Shown one piece after another: positions 58,235 to 64,000 of a DNA stretch of 64,000 nt. The stretch is taken from assembly GCA_965200875.1 (NCBI GenBank), contig OZ241456.1, positions 896,001-960,000 on the forward strand, written 5' to 3'. The translations under genes were made by a program, and so were the position numbers. A model generated the notes under the pieces. It made no database searches and was not told where the DNA came from. It saw nothing but the letters and a program-made list of their open reading frames with translations. Positions within the stretch are counted from its first letter, which is position 1, and every line of letters starts with the position of its first letter. This DNA comes from Bdellovibrionales bacterium. Lineage in GTDB: Bacteria > Bdellovibrionota > Bdellovibrionia > Bdellovibrionales > UBA1609.

Positions 58235-60214
58235 ATGAAAGAAAATTTTTCAAACTCAAAACTTATTTCACTAAAATTATTATTAAAATTCAGAACTATC
58301 ACACCAAATTGTTCTGAATCAAAAGTTTATGTAATGGCCTGTGAAAAACCTCTAATTTTTTTTCTTTGTGCTATATATTTTTTACTGGTAGTTTTTATAT
58401 TATCTTCTTCAAAAGCTTTTGCTCATACTCATTCTCACGATCAAAGTCATCAAAGTATACCACCAGAACTTATCGAAAATATTTATGAAAAGGCTGTCAC
58501 TCTTTCTCCAGAAGTATTGGAGATTGCAAATGGTTCACTTACAGAACCTCATATACGAATTGGTAGACATAATATAGTGTTAAACTCCGGTTTTTGGGAA
58601 CTGGTAAAAGGATGGCTTAGGCTTTACCGTAAGGAAATTGAAGTATATTGTCCTTGTGATATTAGTGAAGAAGCATTGGTTAAAGATGCTAAGAATCATA
58701 TATCGTCTGGTTTTATTTATTCAAAAATAGGGAAACCTGTTGCTCACTTGTCTGAACACATCTTTGTAGGTTCTTATGGATTATCTGCAAAATATGGGAA
58801 AACAGCTTTACTGCTAAAAGCTTCAGCGGAAGTGGCGGAAACAATGCTTTCTGTATTTGTGGGAGGAAAAGGTATTCATATTCTCTGTAATGCGATTGAT
58901 GCCATGATTCTTTTTTTATTCAGAAAAACACAAATCTATGCTCGAGTTTTTCGCAATAGCCGATCAATGAACAAGAGTGGCTTATTAATGATGTTTCGCT
59001 TGGCTTGGTTCAATCGTTTAATGAAAAAAGCACAAAATAAAGTCTTTTTTCACTTGGAATCTGTGGAAATAAATCAAACAGCTCTTGCGAATGTTAATAA
59101 GGAAGGAGTTGGAAAAAATAAAAGAATGAAATGGGTAAACAGCATATCTCAAAAAGTGGCTTCTCTCCTAGAAGAAATTGCAGAGATAGACATGCTGTGG
59201 GAATCGGGACAGCTTTCAAAAAGACAACAGGAAAAATTACTGAAAAAAAGAAGAAAACTTTATCAGAAAATGGAACGAATTACAGCGGTATCCAGAAACT
59301 CTTTTTTGGGAAAAAGATATAAAAGATTTTTACTTCTCCTCTCCCGAAGAGGAAAAACAGACTATTTGAAAGGTTCCAGTGTGTCCGATAAAATTACACC
59401 TGAAAATTGGTTTTGGATGTTATCCGTTCAGGAAAATATTTTGGAAAGAGTCTTGATGAGAGAGGTTTCCAGAGAGATGGAAAACCTTGGTCAGGAATAT
59501 CGTACTGTTTTTAAAATCGATGAAGTCAGAACAGGCTTGGCAAGAGAGTTTGTTGAAAAAATGAATAGCACCAGCTTGCAAATAACTGAATCTCCAAACA
59601 ATTTGTCTACTGGAGAAAACAACAAATTTCAGGAAGATACCAACCAAAGTAGTACAAAAAAACAAGGCCATTACACCACTTCTGAACAAAAAAATATTCA
59701 ATCTGTAGAGAAAGTCTTAATGGATATAGAAAATATTTTTAATCCCTCTTTAACATTTAAGGAAAGGTACTTGCTGGTTTCCATCTTGGAATCAGGCCTG
59801 ACTGGTTTTTTTGAATATTATCTGCACATGATTTATAATCGTCTGTCTGAATCCACAGCGAATATGAATATATGGAGCAAAGCCAGATTGAAATGGAGAC
59901 TGGAAAGGTTTACTTATTACATATTTAGTTACGCTGATTTTTTGCGCACGATAGCTCTTATAAAACAGAAGCCTGCATTAATGGCTTATCAATATGAGGC
60001 AATGGAAAACTTTTTGTTGTTTTTTGAATATCTTCATAAACTGTCCAAAATTGCTGGTTCTCATAAACCCAAAGAAGAGCTTTTGGCCGTAATGGATAAA
60101 AATCTTCAATATATTCAATCTTTTCAGGTTCAAAAGGAAAAACGAACAGCTTTTTCATGGATGCCTTTCAAATCTCCTCTTCCTTATTGTCGCAATCTCA
60201 TAAGGAGTTTTTAA
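58235..60214 (+). CDS. Hypothetical exported protein (likely start ATG 58334) with His-rich mature N-terminus
   Basis: Signal peptide ending AFA, then HTHSHDQSH; long ORF. Confidence 0.7.
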   Translation: MKENFSNSKLISLKLLLKFRTITPNCSESKVYVMACEKPLIFFLCAIYFLLVVFILSSSKAFAHTHSHDQSHQSIPPELIENIYEKAVTLSPEVLEIANGSLTEPHIRIGRHNIVLNSGFWELVKGWLRLYRKEIEVYCPCDISEEALVKDAKNHISSGFIYSKIGKPVAHLSEHIFVGSYGLSAKYGKTALLLKASAEVAETMLSVFVGGKGIHILCNAIDAMILFLFRKTQIYARVFRNSRSMNKSGLLMMFRLAWFNRLMKKAQNKVFFHLESVEINQTALANVNKEGVGKNKRMKWVNSISQKVASLLEEIAEIDMLWESGQLSKRQQEKLLKKRRKLYQKMERITAVSRNSFLGKRYKRFLLLLSRRGKTDYLKGSSVSDKITPENWFWMLSVQENILERVLMREVSREMENLGQEYRTVFKIDEVRTGLAREFVEKMNSTSLQITESPNNLSTGENNKFQEDTNQSSTKKQGHYTTSEQKNIQSVEKVLMDIENIFNPSLTFKERYLLVSILESGLTGFFEYYLHMIYNRLSESTANMNIWSKARLKWRLERFTYYIFSYADFLRTIALIKQKPALMAYQYEAMENFLLFFEYLHKLSKIAGSHKPKEELLAVMDKNLQYIQSFQVQKEKRTAFSWMPFKSPLPYCRNLIRSF

Positions 60215-60840
60215 TGATGTGGGTTCAAAAAAAACAAAGAAAAAAAACAGTCTTACTTACTCTGACTTTTCTGTTGGTTCTTCTTGTATTTAATATTTCT
60301 GATTCCGGTGCAGGAATTATCTCTTTTTGTAGAACAGCTTTTTCTCGTAAAGATACTTTCCTAGCAGAGCATGATTTTAAAAACCCAACAGCAAAAACGC
60401 TTGTGGAGGGATATCAAATCATCAAGGGGTTAAAATGGTTTAAGCGGAAGCAAATAAAGGAATTTGAAAAAGGGTTAAAGGAAATGGTGGAGTTTTTGGA
60501 GCACCCTCATTCTGATACACGACAATTACAAGGTTTGAGTATTCCCTTGGAAGTTCTTGCAAGAAAATCTCATGAAATTATAAAATTTACAAAGCAATCT
60601 CCGCAAGCAGATGCTATTTATTTCCGACAGATCACACAGGCTGTGTTGGCACTGTTTGGCAAGCACTTTCCTTCAGTATTAAAAAATCATTCTTATCAAG
60701 TGGATTGGCCCAGGATTAATTTAATTGTAAAAAACATTGCTGACTTTGATATACACAATCCTCGCTTTTCACTTTATAAAATCAAAAGAGCCATAGAAGG
60801 ACGATACTCATTAAAGGAATTTATATTATGTCGTATGTAA
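60157..60840 (+). CDS. Hypothetical membrane-anchored protein (start probably at MMWVQ, 60214)
   Basis: Basic N-terminus plus hydrophobic helix; apparently coupled to upstream stop (TAATG). Confidence 0.65.
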   Translation: MDAFQISSSLLSQSHKEFLMMWVQKKQRKKTVLLTLTFLLVLLVFNISDSGAGIISFCRTAFSRKDTFLAEHDFKNPTAKTLVEGYQIIKGLKWFKRKQIKEFEKGLKEMVEFLEHPHSDTRQLQGLSIPLEVLARKSHEIIKFTKQSPQADAIYFRQITQAVLALFGKHFPSVLKNHSYQVDWPRINLIVKNIADFDIHNPRFSLYKIKRAIEGRYSLKEFILCRM

Positions 60841-60908
60841 GTAAACCAATGTCGTATGTAAAGTAAAAATTGTAACAAAGAAAAATATTTATCAAAGGAG
60901 TTTATATT

Positions 60909-62162
60909 ATGTCACACAAAGAAATAAAAAAACAGAATCCAATGCTAGGTTTTATGATTTTTATTTGTATTTTCTTTTTCATAGGTTGTGGGGAAACACA
61001 AGTCAATCTGGAAGAGACAGCAACAGCTGTTCCGGTTTTTGTTCCACAAATGGATCCAAAAGAAAAAGAGGAAATTGTCACTAACCCGTTGTTTGAAGCA
61101 GTTGTGGAAGGTAAAATAGCAGATATTGATAACATTGTTTCTAATGTGGGAGTATCTGTTCTGTCTGTAAACAAAAGAGGTGACACCCCTTTGGGCACAG
61201 CCATCCAGCTTAAGTTAAAAGAAAAAGCTTTGTTCCTGTTGGAAAAATTTCAGTGTCAGGACTTATCTTACCAGAATGAAAAAGGCGAAAGTTATATTTA
61301 TCTGGCCGCAAAGAGTGGTTACGAAGAGCTTATCCATCGCATAGCGGGAAAATGTTATGAAAATGATTTTTTTGACATTTCTGACTATGAATTTTCTGAC
61401 CTGGATCCAGAGACCACAACTGGAGAGATTGCTATTCATGTGGCTCTAAATGGTTCTGTCGCGAGTGCTTTGGATTATGAATACACAAAAGGTTCTATGG
61501 AATATTCTTGGTGGGTTTTTCATAAAGTCAATAATCAGGAGGAAAGTTTTTTACATACAGCCGTAAAAGAAGGCAGAACCAACACTGTGGATTGGGCTGT
61601 ACGCACTTACTGTCATGAGGGAGAATGGGAAAAATCAGATAGCGGATGGAAAAGCATCCCTGTCTCTGTATTTCAAAAATTTTGGAATGGATTACAGACT
61701 TTTACTTGGAACATGAATCAGCTGATAAATTACCGGGACATAAAAGGCAACACAGCTTTACACTTAGCCAGTAAAAACCTTGATGAGCAAAACATCCGGC
61801 TGTTATCAACTTGCCGATGGATGGATTTTTTGATAGAAAACAAAGAAGGCAATATTGCTTTGCAGGTTTTTTTACAGTCTCTTGATCCCCTGTTGAAAGA
61901 TCACAGTCAAAACATAAAAGACACTTTTATGTTTTTAACTCATAGAGAAACTTCTTTAAAAAAATGGTTCACAAATATATCCGGTACAGTGGATCATCAA
62001 AATAAAAAAGGCGATTCTGCATTTCATATATCAGCTCGCCTAGCAGATCCTTTTTTTTACAATTATCTTAAACAGTTTGCTGATTTATATTTAAAAAACA
62101 AATCTGATGAAACTCCAGCTACAATTTTTAATGTCACTCAAAGCAGGATTAATCATCTCTAA
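60909..62162 (+). CDS. Ankyrin-repeat lipoprotein
   Basis: FIGC lipobox; GDTPLGTA, GESYIYLAA, ESFLHTAV, GNTALHLA, GDSAFHISA. Confidence 0.88.
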   Translation: MSHKEIKKQNPMLGFMIFICIFFFIGCGETQVNLEETATAVPVFVPQMDPKEKEEIVTNPLFEAVVEGKIADIDNIVSNVGVSVLSVNKRGDTPLGTAIQLKLKEKALFLLEKFQCQDLSYQNEKGESYIYLAAKSGYEELIHRIAGKCYENDFFDISDYEFSDLDPETTTGEIAIHVALNGSVASALDYEYTKGSMEYSWWVFHKVNNQEESFLHTAVKEGRTNTVDWAVRTYCHEGEWEKSDSGWKSIPVSVFQKFWNGLQTFTWNMNQLINYRDIKGNTALHLASKNLDEQNIRLLSTCRWMDFLIENKEGNIALQVFLQSLDPLLKDHSQNIKDTFMFLTHRETSLKKWFTNISGTVDHQNKKGDSAFHISARLADPFFYNYLKQFADLYLKNKSDETPATIFNVTQSRINHL

Positions 62163-62208
62163 AATGAAGTGACTTGGTTCTTTAGTAACCAAGGCAGAAA
62201 GAGCGGAA

Positions 62209-62844
62209 ATGATAAATCAAAGAAAGATGAGAATATTTTTTATTTTTTTGTTGTTTTGTGGCTGTTCCCCTGTAGTCCAAAATCAAGCCATACCGGTTAT
62301 TTTAGACAAAGATACAATATCCCTGACTGAGGATAAAAAAATATTACAGGGATCGGGAAGAGTGTTGTTTAACCAACCTCTGTTTGATTTATTTTCAAAA
62401 GAACTCTATTTCATTAAAGCAGAGATGTTTAATGAAAGTTCCTCTTTTGTTTTACACAGTCACTTTACCGGTTTTACACAAGCGGACGGAATTAAAATTT
62501 TTTTCAGCAGGGATAAAAACAGTTTAACCATACAAATATCCACTCCAAACTATTCATTTCAACATTTGTACACAGATGAAAAATACTTTATTCAAAATCA
62601 AACCTTACAAATATATACAGAGGCATATAATAGATCAAAAAATCTCATTGGCATTAAAGTGTGGAGAACTGATATAAACCCCACTGGGTATCTGAAACAA
62701 TCCATCTCTTTTCTCTCTAGACAAAATCTGCTCGCTGATTCCCAGGAATTGATTTTTTATTCCAGAGGACAGGGCATGTTATGGGGTGTGGAATTAAATA
62801 AAGTGCGTTTGATTAAAATTTTTCGGGAGTCTTTAAATCAATGA
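62209..62844 (+). CDS. Hypothetical lipoprotein (beta-rich)
   Basis: LLFCGC lipobox. Confidence 0.65.
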   Translation: MINQRKMRIFFIFLLFCGCSPVVQNQAIPVILDKDTISLTEDKKILQGSGRVLFNQPLFDLFSKELYFIKAEMFNESSSFVLHSHFTGFTQADGIKIFFSRDKNSLTIQISTPNYSFQHLYTDEKYFIQNQTLQIYTEAYNRSKNLIGIKVWRTDINPTGYLKQSISFLSRQNLLADSQELIFYSRGQGMLWGVELNKVRLIKIFRESLNQ

Positions 62845-63938
62845 TATACTTGGTTGCTTTCAGCTCAATAATCACAATATTGTGCTCTCTCTCTTTGATA
62901 ATACATTTCCCTGTGTGGTCAGTTCAAAATCCACTTAGGTTAAAATCTGGTTTAGTTGTAACTTTCGTTTTTATATTTGTCCAATTTCAGGTTGTTGCTA
63001 AACAGGAAAAAGAAAAACATTTATTTTCCATTCAATTAAGTGGTGAGGTGAGGCTCTCTCAAAATCAAATATCCAAAACCCAAACAGGTCTTTATCCTTA
63101 TATACCTTATACAGAACTGGAGTTTCATTATTCAAAAAATGAAAACTTGGATCTTTTAATAAATTTTGAAGTGGAGTCTCAAAATGAAGATTGGTCTATA
63201 AGTGTGGATGAGTTTAGTTTTTCGTACAGTTTTAAAGATATTCCTGTTAATGTAAAAGCAGGTTGGCTTCCTGTTCCATTAGGTTACATGGATGTAAATA
63301 CCAATGTGTTTTCCAGAGATCTGTCTTTTTATGATAGCATTTCCCATAGCCGTGAAGATATTGGCATAACGGTTGGTATAAATCTTTTACAGTCTGCTTT
63401 GAGTTTTCAAGTGGATCGCCTTGGAGGCTGGAGTTACAGGGAGTGGGATAACTCTTATAATCAGCCTGAATCTGCTCCTGTTGCAGTGAGTTTGAAAAGC
63501 CAGGGATCTTTTTGGGATTTTTTTATCAGCTGGTTTGAAGAGGACTTGGCTTTTTTTGATCCTGTTCAGGCTATAGGAGCGGGGGTGAATTTAAAAACTT
63601 CCCATAAAAAATTAGCAGTATCTATTCAATCCGAATTTTGGTGGATTACACAGGAGAGACAAACTGCCTTTGCCTATTATGTGTTTCCCAGTATTGCCAT
63701 TGATAAGATAAAAGTGGGGATGGTTTTTGAAAGTGTGAATTATTTTTCTCCTGATTTAAAAAAAGCTCAGGCAACCTCCTCTGTTTATGAAAGAATATTC
63801 CAAGTTTCCTATCAAATTCATCCTGACATAACTCTTATAGGAGAACGGTTTATCAGCACGCAGAAAAAAGGCCCTTTATTGAATGATTTGTGGTCAGCAC
63901 GGGTAAAAGTAAATTTTGGCTGGTCAAATTCCGACTAA
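62841..63938 (+). CDS. Putative outer-membrane beta-barrel/porin
   Basis: Amphipathic strands, VKAGWLPVPLG, C-terminal ARVKVNF. Confidence 0.6.
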   Translation: MIYLVAFSSIITILCSLSLIIHFPVWSVQNPLRLKSGLVVTFVFIFVQFQVVAKQEKEKHLFSIQLSGEVRLSQNQISKTQTGLYPYIPYTELEFHYSKNENLDLLINFEVESQNEDWSISVDEFSFSYSFKDIPVNVKAGWLPVPLGYMDVNTNVFSRDLSFYDSISHSREDIGITVGINLLQSALSFQVDRLGGWSYREWDNSYNQPESAPVAVSLKSQGSFWDFFISWFEEDLAFFDPVQAIGAGVNLKTSHKKLAVSIQSEFWWITQERQTAFAYYVFPSIAIDKIKVGMVFESVNYFSPDLKKAQATSSVYERIFQVSYQIHPDITLIGERFISTQKKGPLLNDLWSARVKVNFGWSNSD

Positions 63939-64000
63939 GAAGGAATTTCTTTATGACTAAAGCCGTGGTTCTTTATCTAAGTCAAACGACCTCATAGATA

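Overview
AT-rich bacterial chromosomal window, probably from a Bdellovibrionota/Oligoflexia-like organism (inferred from Agl-Glt-like genes and gene content). Housekeeping genes include gloB (partial), folE2, uvrA, rdgB, rph, feoAB, htrA, argS, rnpB, rnhB, mutS, rmuC and pilQ. An accessory region at about 9.9-24 kb holds a family of five secreted or lipoprotein genes sharing an MKxIIxLLFLSL leader. Their cargo is either LRR or pentapeptide repeats. Two of them share a sigma70-like promoter with a poly-C tract in the -35/-10 spacer (17 bp in one, 15 bp in the other), plus a shared linker and related terminators. This is the best candidate for an undescribed phase-variable, modular surface-protein system. 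Other notable items: a phage-type adenine methyltransferase sitting inside a remnant of that gene family, a type III R-M system with truncated Res, a 40-bp tandem array before a Fic gene, an RNase P RNA apparently lacking P13/P14/P18, an Rpn remnant retaining an internal small-protein start, an AAA+PIN gene pair, a minimal Agl-Glt-like operon, a Cys/Lys repeat protein, and short palindromes that may have donated in-frame inserts to MutS and ArgS. All calls are by eye; no database searches were run.
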